A stretch of 41,890 nucleotides of DNA from Gemmatimonadota bacterium (GCA_003221005.1 QHTZ01000026.1:1-41890); one strand, 5' to 3'. Shown: positions 1 through 9,900, counted from the first letter of the stretch. The notes: a model not told the origin generated them from the letters alone. Translations and numbers: made by a program.

Positions 1-584
1 TCGCAGGTGTCCTTGGTCACGATGAAGGCGGTGATGCCGTGCGCGCGTTTCGCGGCAGCGTCAGTGCGCGCGGTCGCCACGAAGACCTCTCCCACACCGC
101 CGTGCGTGATGAAGATCTTCGAGCCATTGAGGACGTAGTGGTCGCCCTTCGGGACCGCGGTGGTCTTCGTGCCCCCGGCGTCCGAGCCCGCACCGGCCTC
201 GGTCAATCCAAACCCGCCCAGGACGCGCGCCGTGGCGAGGCGAGGGACGAACGCCCGCCGTTGGGCGTCCGTGCCGAAGTCCATGATCGGCGAGGTGGCG
301 AGCGTGGTGTGGGCGCTGACCGTGATCGCGTGGCTCGCGTCCACCTTGGCGAGCTCGTGGATGACCAGGATGTATGAGAGGTAGTCCATCCCCGAGCCGC
401 CGAGCGGCTTCGGCCAGGGAATGCCGAAGAGCCCGCGCTCGGCCATGCGCTTGACGTTGTCCCACGGGAACTGACTCTCGGCGTCGTAGCGGCGTGCGCT
501 GGGCCGGATGACCTGCTGCGCGAAGTCGCGCACCATGTCACGGACCTGGAAGTGCTGGTCGGTGAAGTAGGGGGAGTCGGGCAT
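1..584 (-). CDS. Acyl-CoA dehydrogenase (short/branched-chain type), 5' part; runs off the window
   Basis: Not in the ORF track; translated by hand from ATG at 584: MPDSPYFTDQHFQVRDMVRDFAQQVIRP...GFGLTEAGAGSDAGG...YVLNGSKIFITHG. Contains the ACAD motifs (LTEPxAGSD-like and NGSKxFIT). Confidence 0.93.
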   Translation of the reverse strand, partial: MPDSPYFTDQHFQVRDMVRDFAQQVIRPSARRYDAESQFPWDNVKRMAERGLFGIPWPKPLGGSGMDYLSYILVIHELAKVDASHAITVSAHTTLATSPIMDFGTDAQRRAFVPRLATARVLGGFGLTEAGAGSDAGGTKTTAVPKGDHYVLNGSKIFITHGGVGEVFVATARTDAAAKRAHGITAFIVTKDTC

Positions 585-597
585 GGGTCGAAACCTA
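585..597 (-). promoter_or_regulatory. Putative -10 box (TAGGTT) 7 nt upstream of ATG; leaderless start
   Basis: Minus strand reads TAGGTT-TCGACCC-ATG with no Shine-Dalgarno; near-identical to the region upstream of tolC. Confidence 0.5.
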
Positions 598-604
598 GTC
601 GCAT

Positions 605-674
605 GACGCCACGACGCCACGCTTCACGAATGTGATCGACGTGGCTCTCGTGGCACGTGGCCTCGTGAAGCGTG
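605..674. repeat. Palindromic short-unit repeat element / possible terminator downstream of ppc
   Basis: Perfect 12-bp inverted repeat CACGCTTCACGA (618-629) / TCGTGAAGCGTG (663-674). Built from tandem GACGCCAC x2 and GCTTCAC, then inverted GTGGC-type units. Confidence 0.75.
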
Positions 675-677
675 CTA

Positions 678-3401
678 CTATCCGGTTGTCCCGAATCCCG
701 CCGCCACGCAGTTGATCGACAGCAGCAGCGGCGCCAGATGGTCCTCCTGCTCCTTGCCGCTCGTGGCGCGGTAGCGGCGCAGCAGCTCGATTTGCTGGCG
801 GTTCACCTGCGCCAGGGTCGGCAGGCGCCGGCCCAGGCGGCGCTGGTACTGCGGGAAGCGCTCGGCAATGGCGCGGCCCCCGCTCAACCGCAGCAGGGCG
901 TCCGCTGTGCGGCGGTACTCCGCCTCGATCAGCGGGAAGATGGCGTCGCGCACGCGAGGGTCGGCTACCAGGCCCGCGTACTCGCGTGCGATATCGAGGT
1001 CCACATACGCCAGCGTCTTTTCGACTTCGTCCACGATCAGCCGGAACAGCCGGGAGTCCTCGAACATGCGCTTGAGGAGCGCCTCGCCCCGCGCGCCGCG
1101 CACCTCGAGGAAGGTGGCGAGCCCGCTGCCGACGCCAAACCAGCCGGGCACGAAGTGACGGTTCTGGGTCCAGGCGAAGACCCAGGGAATGGCGCGCAGG
1201 TCCGCCAGGGTCTTGACTCCGAAGCGACGGGCGGGTCGGGAGCCGATGTTCAGGAGGGCGATTTCCTCGAGCGGGCTCGCCGCCTGGAAGTACGTCACCA
1301 GGTCGGGATGCTCGACCAGGCCGCGGTAGGCGGCGTGGGCGGCGCCGGCGAGTGCCTCGAGTGCCTCATCGAACTCGGACGCCTGTGCGGGGACCGCCTC
1401 CCGCTCCGAGCGGAGCGAGTGCTCCAGCACGCTCGCGGCGAGCAGCTCGATCTGGTAGGCGGCGGTGCCGCGGTTCGCGTACTTGACCGACACCACCTCG
1501 CCCTGCTCGGTGAGCCGCAGGCGGCCCTGGATCGACCCGGCAGGCTGCGCCGCAATGGCGCGCCCGGTCGGGGCGCCGCCGCGGCTCACGGACCCACCGC
1601 GCCCGTGGAAGAACGTGATCGGCACGCCGCATTCCCGGCCGAGCCGCGTGAGCTTCAGCTGCGTCTTCGCGAGCTCCCAGTTCGACGTGAGGTAGCCGCC
1701 GTCCTTGTTGGAGTCCGAGTATCCGATCATCACCTCGTGCGCGCCACCCTGCGCGCGGACGCTGCGTCGGATCAGGGGAACCTGAAGCAGCTCCCGCATG
1801 ATGTCGGGGGCGCGCCGCAGGTCCTCGATCGACTCGAACAGGGGCACGATCGGCAGGGTGCAGCTCTCGATCCCCCCGGCATCGGCGAAGAGGCCGGCCT
1901 CCTTCGCGAGGACGTAGCTGCCCAGCACGTCATCCGCCGAGTGCGTCATGCTCAGGATGAAGGTCCCGATCGCCTCCCGGTCCACCTCGCTGCGGACCTC
2001 CCGGACCAGGCGGAACATGCCCAACGTGTCCCCCGCCTCGCCGGGGAGGTCGGGCGGAACGTGACCCGGCCGCAGCGGGCGCGTGAGTTCGGTTTGAAGC
2101 CAGGCGTGCCAGGGCGCGGATCCGGGGGCCGGCGGCTCCGCACCGTCCGAGCGCGTGCGCCACAGCGTCGCAAGCGCCTCGTTGATGCGCATCGTGTTCT
2201 CGCGCACGTCCAGCCGGAACGTGCTGAACCGGAACACCTCGACTTCCCTGCGCACCGGCCGCACCCGCATCGTCGCGAGCGCATCGCAGTTTGCCTCGCT
2301 CAAGCCGCTCTCCATCACTCGCAGGTCGGCGACCAGGGCGTCGGCTGTGGCATAGCCGCATCCCTCCGGGGCGGGCTGCCCGCGGCCGGCGTACTCGATG
2401 GTCGCGTCGAGGCGGCGCAGCATGCACGCCAGGTATTGCCGGAACACCTCTCCGGGGTTGCGGGCGGCGATGCGCTCGACCTCACCGCTCAGCGCGAGCT
2501 GCCGGTCGAGCGCCTCGCGGAAGGCTGGGGGGATGGCGAGGGTCCGCTCGGTGATACTCAGCGTGCGGACCAGGTCTCCCAGCCGCTGCCGGTAGCGTCG
2601 CAGGCTCGCGAGCCGGTTTTCGTTCAGTGTCTCCCGCGTCACCGCGTTCGTGACGAACGGGTTGCCGTCGCGGTCGCCGCCGATCCACGAGCCGAATTGG
2701 AAGAACGGCGGCACCTCGAATTGCTCGTCCGGGTATGTCTGTCGCAACGCGCGGTCGAGCTTGTCGAGCAGCTCGGGGGCGACGGCGAACAGGTTCTCGT
2801 TGACGAAGTAATGCCCCCAGGCGAGCTCCTGAGCCACGGTCGGCTTCTCGAGCCGGAGCTCGCCCGTCAGCCACAGGATCTCGATGTCGTTGCGCAGCTC
2901 GTCGATCAGATAGCTGCGCTCGCGCGGCGTCCAGCGTGGCTCTTCCAGGTCCATGAGGCGGAGATAGAGGGTACGGTGCCGCTCGAGCACCGTAACACGC
3001 TTGGCCTCGGTGGGGTGCGCGGTGATCACGGGCTCGACGTGGAGGGTCGCGAGAATGGCCCGGACCTCGTCGGGGGAGATCCCGGACGCCGCGGCGCTGC
3101 TCACCACCTGTGCGAACGTGCCCCGGAGCTGCTCGTAGCCCCGCTCGACCTCGGCACGGCGGCGGTCACGCATCACCACGTTCTGCTCCGCGATGCTGAG
3201 GAGCTGGAACCAGATGCCCTGCGCCTGGATCGTCCGCGCCAGGAGCTCCGGGCTCCGGCCCACATCGACTTGCCGCCCGCGCAGCACCGCCTCGATCTCC
3301 GGCTGATGCGCGTGGATCACGTCGAGCAGCAGGCTGAACAGGAGATCGGTGAGGTACTGGGCGTAGTCGGCGCCGAGCGCCGCCACGGGGTCCGCGGTCA
3401 C
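678..3401 (-). CDS. ppc: Phosphoenolpyruvate carboxylase (serine-cycle type)
   Basis: 907 aa with motifs TAHPTE, GGDRDGNP, MIGYSDSNKDGG, FHGRGGSVSRGG and LRAIPWVFAWTQ; GTGA overlap with the upstream gene. Confidence 0.97.
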   Translation of the reverse strand: MTADPVAALGADYAQYLTDLLFSLLLDVIHAHQPEIEAVLRGRQVDVGRSPELLARTIQAQGIWFQLLSIAEQNVVMRDRRRAEVERGYEQLRGTFAQVVSSAAASGISPDEVRAILATLHVEPVITAHPTEAKRVTVLERHRTLYLRLMDLEEPRWTPRERSYLIDELRNDIEILWLTGELRLEKPTVAQELAWGHYFVNENLFAVAPELLDKLDRALRQTYPDEQFEVPPFFQFGSWIGGDRDGNPFVTNAVTRETLNENRLASLRRYRQRLGDLVRTLSITERTLAIPPAFREALDRQLALSGEVERIAARNPGEVFRQYLACMLRRLDATIEYAGRGQPAPEGCGYATADALVADLRVMESGLSEANCDALATMRVRPVRREVEVFRFSTFRLDVRENTMRINEALATLWRTRSDGAEPPAPGSAPWHAWLQTELTRPLRPGHVPPDLPGEAGDTLGMFRLVREVRSEVDREAIGTFILSMTHSADDVLGSYVLAKEAGLFADAGGIESCTLPIVPLFESIEDLRRAPDIMRELLQVPLIRRSVRAQGGAHEVMIGYSDSNKDGGYLTSNWELAKTQLKLTRLGRECGVPITFFHGRGGSVSRGGAPTGRAIAAQPAGSIQGRLRLTEQGEVVSVKYANRGTAAYQIELLAASVLEHSLRSEREAVPAQASEFDEALEALAGAAHAAYRGLVEHPDLVTYFQAASPLEEIALLNIGSRPARRFGVKTLADLRAIPWVFAWTQNRHFVPGWFGVGSGLATFLEVRGARGEALLKRMFEDSRLFRLIVDEVEKTLAYVDLDIAREYAGLVADPRVRDAIFPLIEAEYRRTADALLRLSGGRAIAERFPQYQRRLGRRLPTLAQVNRQQIELLRRYRATSGKEQEDHLAPLLLSINCVAAGFGTTG

Positions 3402-4372
3402 GCGACCCGGTCGCGCGGCGGCGCGCCGGAGAAGAAGGCCTTGAGATTCTCGATGGCCCGCATCCCCATCGCCACCCGCGTCTCCTGCGTGGCGCTGCCC
3501 AGGTGCGGCAGCAGCACCACGTTTTCCATCGTGCGCAGCTCCGGGCTCATGGCCGGCTCGCGCTCGTACACGTCGAGGCCCGCGCCCGCGATGGTGCGCG
3601 CCTTGAGCGCTGCGACGAGCGCCTGCTCGTCCACGACGTCGCCGCGGGCCGTGTTGATGAGAAACGCGCCGGGCTTCATCAGTTTGAGACGCCGCGCGTC
3701 GATCAGATGTCGGGTCTCGGGGGTCGCGGGACAGTGCAGCGATACGAAGTCGGCCTCCCGCACCACGTCGTCGACGCTGGGGCGGGCCGTCGCCCCGAGC
3801 TCGCCCACGACCTCCGGAGGCGGGGGCACGGGATCATGGAACAGCACGCGCATCCCGAAGCCGAGCCGCGCACGTCGCGCCACCGCGCGAGCAATGCGAC
3901 CCATCCCCACGAGCCCCAGCGTCTTCCCGGAGACCTTGGTCCCGAGCAGGTGCGTCGGGCGCCAGCCGGTCCAGGCGCCGGCGCGCACCTGCCGCTCCCC
4001 TTCCCCGGCGCGGCGCGCCACCATCAGCATCAACATGAAGGCGTCGTCCGCCGTGTCCTCGGTGAGCACTTCGGGCGTGTTGGTCACGACCACGCCGCGC
4101 GTCCGCGCCGCGGCGAGGTCGATGTGATTGAAGCCGACGCCGAAGTTGGCGAGGATCCGCGCCTGGAGGGGCTCCACGGCGAGGACCTCGGCACTGATCC
4201 GGTCGGTGACGGTGCACAGCAACCCATCGGCGGTGCGGAGTGCCTGCTGCAGCCCCGCCGCCTCGAGCGGCCGGTCGTCGCGGTTCAGCTGGGCGTCGAA
4301 CTCGCGGGCGAGCTGCTCCTCCACGGCGGCGGGAAGCCGCCGCGTGACGGCGACGCGGGAGCGCCCGCTCAC
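3398..4372 (-). CDS. hprA: D-glycerate dehydrogenase / hydroxypyruvate (glyoxylate) reductase, D-2-hydroxyacid dehydrogenase family
   Basis: Motifs [16 protein letters not shown], Rossmann [20 protein letters not shown] and PHLGSAT; the hpr function is assigned from operon context. Confidence 0.85.
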   Translation of the reverse strand: MSGRSRVAVTRRLPAAVEEQLAREFDAQLNRDDRPLEAAGLQQALRTADGLLCTVTDRISAEVLAVEPLQARILANFGVGFNHIDLAAARTRGVVVTNTPEVLTEDTADDAFMLMLMVARRAGEGERQVRAGAWTGWRPTHLLGTKVSGKTLGLVGMGRIARAVARRARLGFGMRVLFHDPVPPPPEVVGELGATARPSVDDVVREADFVSLHCPATPETRHLIDARRLKLMKPGAFLINTARGDVVDEQALVAALKARTIAGAGLDVYEREPAMSPELRTMENVVLLPHLGSATQETRVAMGMRAIENLKAFFSGAPPRDRVA

Positions 4373-5283
4373 CGCGGGACCATCACCCGCCGGGAGCGCT
4401 TCCTCGCCAGCGCCTCCGCCATCGTCGACCCGAGCTCCGATGGGCTGGGGGCGACGACCAGGCCGGCCGAGCGCATGATCTCGGCCTTCTCGGCCGCCGT
4501 GTCGCCGAACGCGGAGATGATCGCCCCGGCGTGGCCCATGCGGCGTCCCTTGGGAGCCGTGAAACCCGCCACGTAGCCGATCACCGGCTTGGTCATGTGC
4601 TCCTTCACGAACATGGCGGCATCGGCTTCCTGCGGGCCGCCGATCTCGCCGATGATCATCACCGCGTCGGTCTCGGGGTCCTGCTCAAACAACGCCAGGA
4701 TGTCCACGAACGAGCTGCCGTTGATCGGATCGCCACCGATGCCCACGCTCGTCGTCTGCCCGATCCCGAGCGCCGCCATCTGCGCCGCCGCCTCGTAGCC
4801 CAGCGTGCCGGAGCGGGTGACCACGCCGACCGGTCCCGGGACGTAGATGTGGCCTGGCATGATGCCCATCATCGCCTTCCCGACGCTGATCACGCCGGCG
4901 CCGTTCGGGCCGACCATACGGGTGCGGCGCTCCTTGGGGTAGCGCCACAGGTAGCGTTTCACGGTCATCATGTCCTGGGCGGGTACGCCGTCCGTGATCG
5001 TGACCACGAGTCGGATGCCGGCGTCGGCGGCTTCCATGATGGCGTCGGCGCAGAACGGCGCGGGTACGAGGATGAGGCTGGCGGTGGCGCCGGTCGCCGC
5101 GACGGCTTCCTTGACGGTGTTGAAGACCGGCTTCCCAAGGTGGGTCGTCTCGCCTTTGCCGGGGGTTACTCCGCCGACGACGTTGGTGCCGTAGGCGATC
5201 ATCTCCTTCGCATGGAAGGTGCCTTTGTCCCCCGTGAAGCCCTGGATGATGACGCGGGTGCGCTCGTCGAGCAGGATGCTCAC
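4369..5283 (-). CDS. mtkB: Malate--CoA ligase (malate thiokinase) small subunit, SucD-like
   Basis: True start is GTG at 5283 ([18 protein letters not shown]...), overlapping the mtkA stop. Motifs [21 protein letters not shown] and phospho-His MGHAGA. Context with mcl/sga favours Mtk over SucD. Confidence 0.88.
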   Translation of the reverse strand: MSILLDERTRVIIQGFTGDKGTFHAKEMIAYGTNVVGGVTPGKGETTHLGKPVFNTVKEAVAATGATASLILVPAPFCADAIMEAADAGIRLVVTITDGVPAQDMMTVKRYLWRYPKERRTRMVGPNGAGVISVGKAMMGIMPGHIYVPGPVGVVTRSGTLGYEAAAQMAALGIGQTTSVGIGGDPINGSSFVDILALFEQDPETDAVMIIGEIGGPQEADAAMFVKEHMTKPVIGYVAGFTAPKGRRMGHAGAIISAFGDTAAEKAEIMRSAGLVVAPSPSELGSTMAEALARKRSRRVMVPR

Positions 5284-6329
5284 GCCGCCCTCGCTGCGTT
5301 GCGCGCCGCCACCACGCGTTCCGCCGCCTCCGCGAGCGTCTCCGCCGTAAGGATCGGCAGACCACTGTCCCGGAGGATTCGCCGCCCCTCCTCCACGTTG
5401 GTTCCCGCGAGCCGCACCACCAGGGGCACCGGCATCTGCACGTCGCGCACCGCCTGGACCACGCCCTCGGCGACCCAATCGCAGCGGTTGATGCCAGCGA
5501 AGACATTCACGAGGATCGCCCTGACCTTCGTGTCCGACAGGACGATTCGAAAAGCGACCGCCACGCGGTCAGGTGATGCTCCCCCTCCGATGTCGAGGAA
5601 GTTGGCCGGCTCGCCCCCTGCGTGCTTGATCATGTCCATCGTCGCCATCGCCAAGCCCGCTCCGTTGATGATGCAGCCGATGTCGCCGTCGAGCGCCACG
5701 TAGCTCAGCCCGTGCTCAGCGGCCTCGGCTTCCCGCGGATCCTCCTGCGCGTAGTCGCGCAGCTCCGCCACATTGGGTCGCCGGAACAGGGCGTTGTCGT
5801 CGAAGCTCATCTTCGCGTCGAGGACGAGCATCTGACCATCTTTGGTGAGCACGAGCGGGTTCATCTCGACCATGGTTGCGTCGAGCTCGCGAAACGCGCG
5901 GTAGGCCCCGAGAATCACGGCAATGGCCTGGCTGACCTGGGCGCCGGGCAGCCCCAAGCCGAACGCGAGCTCGCGCGCCTGGAACGGCTGCATCCCCACC
6001 GCGGGCTCCACCACCTCGCGCAGAATCGCCTCGGGCTCCCGCTGGGCGATCTCTTCGATCTCGATGCCGCCGTGGGGATGGGCCACGACCACGATCCGCT
6101 CCCGTTTGCGGTCGAGCACGAGTCCCACGTACAGCTCGCGGTCGACCGGCACGGCCTGCTCGATTAGCACCCGGTGCACCGGCAGCCCTTCCGGACCAGT
6201 CTGGTCGGTCACCAGGGTCTTGCCGAGCAGGTCCTTGGCGCCCTGGCGAACCTCAGCGTCGCTGGCGCAGTCCTTGATGCCACCGAAGCCGGCGAGGAGC
6301 TCCTTCGCCTGGTACTCGTGGATGTCCAT
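5280..6329 (-). CDS. mtkA: Malate--CoA ligase large subunit, SucC-like, with an apparent in-frame internal deletion of about 40 aa
   Basis: [12 protein letters not shown]..., [23 protein letters not shown] and [15 protein letters not shown] (MtkA-like). Only 349 aa; the family's VVKAQ..GxRGKAG segment is absent between LAGFG and GIKDC. Confidence 0.85.
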   Translation of the reverse strand: MDIHEYQAKELLAGFGGIKDCASDAEVRQGAKDLLGKTLVTDQTGPEGLPVHRVLIEQAVPVDRELYVGLVLDRKRERIVVVAHPHGGIEIEEIAQREPEAILREVVEPAVGMQPFQARELAFGLGLPGAQVSQAIAVILGAYRAFRELDATMVEMNPLVLTKDGQMLVLDAKMSFDDNALFRRPNVAELRDYAQEDPREAEAAEHGLSYVALDGDIGCIINGAGLAMATMDMIKHAGGEPANFLDIGGGASPDRVAVAFRIVLSDTKVRAILVNVFAGINRCDWVAEGVVQAVRDVQMPVPLVVRLAGTNVEEGRRILRDSGLPILTAETLAEAAERVVAARNAARAA

Positions 6330-6333
6330 GGCG

Positions 6334-7302
6334 TCAGGCCCGCGCGTCGGCGAGCGACGGCGCGCGCTTCGCGTCGATGGCGGCGGCGATCTGCACGACG
6401 TTGCGGGCCAGGCGCGCCGACGCCGCGTCGATCATGCGGCCCTCGAGCTGGGCGGCGCCGCGGCCTTCGCGCGCCGCGTCATCCAACGCCCGCAGAATCC
6501 GCTGGGCGCGCTCGATCTCCCCCGCCGGCGGGGTGAACACGTCGTTCGCGGGGGCGATCTGGGACGGATGGATCGCCCACTTTCCCTCGTAGCCGAGCGC
6601 GGCGGCGCGGCGCGCGGCGGCGAGGAACCCGTCGGGATCCTTGAAGTCGCCGTAGGGCCCGTCAATGGGTCGCAAGCCGTAGGCGCGGCACGCGGTCACC
6701 ATGCGGGACAGCGCGGCGTGCCACTGATCGCCGGGATAGTCGGGGTTGAGCCCGCCGATGCTCACTGTGCGGGCGCGCAGGCTGGCCGCCAGGTCGGCGA
6801 CGCCGAAGTGCATCGCTTCGAGGCGCGGGCTCGCGTGGGCAATCGCCTCGACGTTCGCCATGCCGAGCGCGGTCTCGATCAGCACCTCGATGCCGAGCCG
6901 GTGCGTGATCCCGCGCGCGGCTTCAATCTGCGTGAGCAGCGCGTCGGTGAGGTAGACGTCGCCGGGCGTGCCGACCTTGGGAACGAGCAGCGTGTCGAGC
7001 CGGTGGCCCGCTTGCTCGACGACGTCCACCACGTCGCGATAGAAGTAGTGGGTGTCGATGCCGTTGACGCGCACCGAGATGGTTTTGCCGCGCTCGCGCC
7101 AGTCGTGCTCCAGCAGCCCTGCGATCACGTTGCGGCGCGCCTGCTCCTTGTCGGCAGGGGCAACCGCATCCTCGAGGTCCAGGAAGACGTAGTCCGCTTC
7201 GCTCTCGAGCGCCTTGCGGAACAGCGTGGCCTGAGACCCCGGCACCGCCAGCTCGCTGCGCTGCAGCCGGGGACGGGCTGGCTCGTAGCGCGTCAGGCTC
7301 AC
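6334..7302 (-). CDS. mcl: Malyl-CoA lyase (CitE/HpcH family CoA-ester lyase)
   Basis: Start is GTG at 7302, overlapping the sga stop. [42 protein letters not shown] and [13 protein letters not shown] closely resemble MclA/Mcl1. Confidence 0.88.
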   Translation of the reverse strand: MSLTRYEPARPRLQRSELAVPGSQATLFRKALESEADYVFLDLEDAVAPADKEQARRNVIAGLLEHDWRERGKTISVRVNGIDTHYFYRDVVDVVEQAGHRLDTLLVPKVGTPGDVYLTDALLTQIEAARGITHRLGIEVLIETALGMANVEAIAHASPRLEAMHFGVADLAASLRARTVSIGGLNPDYPGDQWHAALSRMVTACRAYGLRPIDGPYGDFKDPDGFLAAARRAAALGYEGKWAIHPSQIAPANDVFTPPAGEIERAQRILRALDDAAREGRGAAQLEGRMIDAASARLARNVVQIAAAIDAKRAPSLADARA

Positions 7303-8546
7303 GTCGCGACTTTGGCGCGGGAGGGCTTGGCGCCGGCGGCTGGCTGCTGGGCGTCGGGGGACGGCCGCGCGGCCAGGGGCGCGGCGGTGCTGCGGTAGGA
7401 CTCCTCGGCGGCCGCCACGCCCGCTCCGGGTGTGACCTGAATGCCGGCGTCTCGCAGCGCCATCTCCGTGCCCGCGAGCGCCCCGAGGAGCATCAGCTCG
7501 TTCAGGTCTCCCATATGGCCGATGCGGAACAGCTTCCCCGCCATGCGCCCGAGCCCCGCGCCGAGCGCGAGGTTGTAGCGCCGGAACGCGACGTCGATCA
7601 CGTCCCCGGCGCTCGTCCCCTCGGGCGCCATGATGGCGCTGACCGTGTTGGAATACCACTTGGGCGCCTTGGCGCACAATTTGAGGCCCCAGGCGCGCAC
7701 CGCTGCCCGCACCCCCTCCCCCAGGCGCTGGTGCCTGGCGAACACGTTCTCGAGCCCCTCCTCGAACAGCATGTCGAGCGACTCGCGCAAGCCGTGGAGC
7801 ATCAGCACCGCGGGCGTGTAGGGGAAGTAGCCGGTCGCGTTCGACTTGATCATTTCGCCCAGGTCGAAGAACGCGCGCGTGCACTTGGCCTGCTCCCGCG
7901 CGGCGAGGGCGCGCGGGCTGGCGCATAGGATCCCGAGCCCGGCCGGCAGCATCAACCCCTTTTGCGACCCGCTGATCGCGAGGTCCACGTTCCACTCGTC
8001 CATCCGGAAGTCGATGCTCGCGATCGCGCTCACCCCGTCCACGTAGAGCAGTGCGGGGTGGCGGGCCGCGTCGACGGCACGGCGCACCGCGGCGACATCA
8101 CTCGTCACGCCGGTCGCCGTTTCGTTGTGGACGATCAGCACGCCTTTGATCTCATGCTGGCGGTCGGCTGTGAGGATCTCCTCGATCCGGTCGGGGGGCG
8201 CCCCCTCCCCCCACTCCACCTCCAGCACGTCCACCCGCAGGCCGTGGCGCTGCGCGAGCTCGATCCAGAGGTGACCGAATTGGCCATAGCGTGGGGCGAG
8301 CACCCGGTCGCCCGGAGACAGGGTGTTCACGAGTGCCGCCTCCCAGGCGCCGGTCCCGCTGGCAGGGAAGATGAACGCCTGGCCCGCGCTGGTCTTGAAC
8401 AGCTTGTTGAGGTCCCGGAACAGGCCGGTCGGCAGTTCCGGGAACGCCGAGGAGCGGTGATCCTCCATCGCGCGATGCATCGCGCGCAGGATCCGGTCCG
8501 GAACGTTCGTCGGACCAGGTACGAACAGGAAGTTGCGGCCGGCCAT
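7299..8546 (-). CDS. sga: Serine--glyoxylate aminotransferase (class V PLP enzyme)
   Basis: ATG at 8546: MAGRNFLFVPGPTNVPDRILRAM; VHNETATGV, PLP-lysine motif SGSQKGLMLP, FPYTP and FRIGHMG. Confidence 0.93.
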   Translation of the reverse strand: MAGRNFLFVPGPTNVPDRILRAMHRAMEDHRSSAFPELPTGLFRDLNKLFKTSAGQAFIFPASGTGAWEAALVNTLSPGDRVLAPRYGQFGHLWIELAQRHGLRVDVLEVEWGEGAPPDRIEEILTADRQHEIKGVLIVHNETATGVTSDVAAVRRAVDAARHPALLYVDGVSAIASIDFRMDEWNVDLAISGSQKGLMLPAGLGILCASPRALAAREQAKCTRAFFDLGEMIKSNATGYFPYTPAVLMLHGLRESLDMLFEEGLENVFARHQRLGEGVRAAVRAWGLKLCAKAPKWYSNTVSAIMAPEGTSAGDVIDVAFRRYNLALGAGLGRMAGKLFRIGHMGDLNELMLLGALAGTEMALRDAGIQVTPGAGVAAAEESYRSTAAPLAARPSPDAQQPAAGAKPSRAKVAT

Positions 8547-8647
8547 ACTCTTGGTCCTTGGAAGTGGCAGAAAAAATGAAGCGAGAATCTGTATATTGGG
8601 CCTCCCCGGCACCTGACGCCAGCCCCTTGCATCCCAGGGCGTTGCGG

Positions 8648-9823
8648 TCAGGCCTCACGTGGCAAGCCGCACCGGTCACATCCGTTGCAGCGCTCCCCGA
8701 CCTCGCCGAAGTGGTTGAGCAGGGCGCGCCGCCGGCACTGGCGGCCTGCGACGTAGCGTCGCATGGCGGGGTCGCAGTCGGTCTGCTCGAAGTCTGCGGG
8801 CGTCCAGAGGATCACGCACGCCGCGCGCGCCCCGTCCCGGCCCGCGCGGCCGGCCTCCTGGTAGTATGCCTCGAGCGTGCGGGCCGGCCCCCAGTGGATC
8901 ACTCGGCGTACGTCGGGCTTGTCGATGCCCATGCCGAAGGCGCTGGTCGCGACCACGACAGGGATGCGGTCCCGCAGGAAATCGCGCAGCACCTTGCGGC
9001 GCATCTCGGGCGGGAGCCCAGCGTGATAGGGCGCCGCCAGCGTTCCGGCACGCAGCAGGGCGCGGGTGACAAGCTCGGTGAGCCGTCGCGTCGGGGTGTA
9101 AACGACCGAGTACCCCGGTCCGCGCGGTACTAGCCGCCGCAGGCGAGCGAACCGCTCGCGGTCGTCGCGGACGCGTTCGACCGCGAACGTCAGGTTCGGC
9201 CGGTCGAACGACGTGACCACCACCTCCGCGCCCGGCATGCGCAACACCTCGATGATTTCCGCCTGTGCGGCAGGGGTGGCACTCCCTGTGACCGCGAGGG
9301 TCACGGGCTGCCCGAGCTGATAGCGGTACTGGCCGAGGCGGCGATATACCGGCCGAAATTCGTTGCCCCATTCGACGATGCAGTGCGCTTCGTCCACCGC
9401 GAGGAGCGAGACCGGGATCAGAGCTGCGCGCAGCGCTGGCACGAGCCGGGCAAGGCGCTCGGGGGCGCAGTATAACAGGCCCACTCGCCGGGCCTGGACC
9501 GCGGCCAGCACCGTGCGGCGGTCGTCGGGACTCAACAGGCTGCTCAAGTACGCTGCTGGCAGCCCGCGGCGGCGGAGGGCGCCGACCTGGTCCTGCATCA
9601 GCGCGATGAGGGGTGAGATCACGAGCGTCATGCCCTCGGTCATGAGGGCGGGAAGCTGGTAGCAGAGCGACTTCCCCGCGCCGGTAGGCAAGACAGCGAG
9701 CACGCTCCGTCCCGCGAGCAAGGGGCCGAGCACCTTCACCTGGTGCACGTGCAGCCGCTCGTGCCCGAAGTGACGCCGCATCAGCTCGCGCGCGCGCGCC
9801 AGCCCGCCCCGAAAGACCGACAC
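8648..9823 (-). CDS. recQ: RecQ-family ATP-dependent DNA helicase, short form without winged-helix/HRDC; start uncertain
   Basis: Motifs PTGAGKS, DEAH, AFGMGIDKPDVR, YYQEAGRAGRDG and C-terminal Zn site CRR...CNGCDRC. Confidence 0.9.
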   Translation of the reverse strand: MSVFRGGLARARELMRRHFGHERLHVHQVKVLGPLLAGRSVLAVLPTGAGKSLCYQLPALMTEGMTLVISPLIALMQDQVGALRRRGLPAAYLSSLLSPDDRRTVLAAVQARRVGLLYCAPERLARLVPALRAALIPVSLLAVDEAHCIVEWGNEFRPVYRRLGQYRYQLGQPVTLAVTGSATPAAQAEIIEVLRMPGAEVVVTSFDRPNLTFAVERVRDDRERFARLRRLVPRGPGYSVVYTPTRRLTELVTRALLRAGTLAAPYHAGLPPEMRRKVLRDFLRDRIPVVVATSAFGMGIDKPDVRRVIHWGPARTLEAYYQEAGRAGRDGARAACVILWTPADFEQTDCDPAMRRYVAGRQCRRRALLNHFGEVGERCNGCDRCGLPREA

Positions 9824-9836
9824 GGGCAGAAATGAG

Positions 9837-9867
9837 AATGGGCTCCGGAGCAATTCCGGAGCCCATT
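9837..9867. terminator. Hairpin, probable terminator of the 9901-10218 gene
   Basis: 13-bp perfect inverted repeat AATGGGCTCCGGA / TCCGGAGCCCATT, followed by a T-rich stretch on the minus strand. Confidence 0.6.
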
Positions 9868-9900
9868 TCGCGCCGCCTGGTCCATTCTATCGCGCGGGAG

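Noticed and set aside
672-4127. 1151-aa plus-strand ORF and many other long antisense or alternate-frame ORFs (e.g. 5923-7398, 13316-14980, 25666-27195, 36649-38589)
   Set aside because: Shadow ORFs of high-GC coding sequence: no recognisable motifs, and they fully overlap well-supported genes.
4369-6329. Annotation as the TCA-cycle succinyl-CoA synthetase sucCD
   Set aside because: MtkA-like [11 protein letters not shown] motif and embedding between mcl, sga, hpr and ppc favour malate thiokinase; not proven without a tree.
8547-8647. Riboswitch or ncRNA in the AT-richer leader of sga
   Set aside because: Too short, with no recognisable aptamer or convincing stem before the T-run; probably just the promoter region. 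An Rfam scan would settle it.
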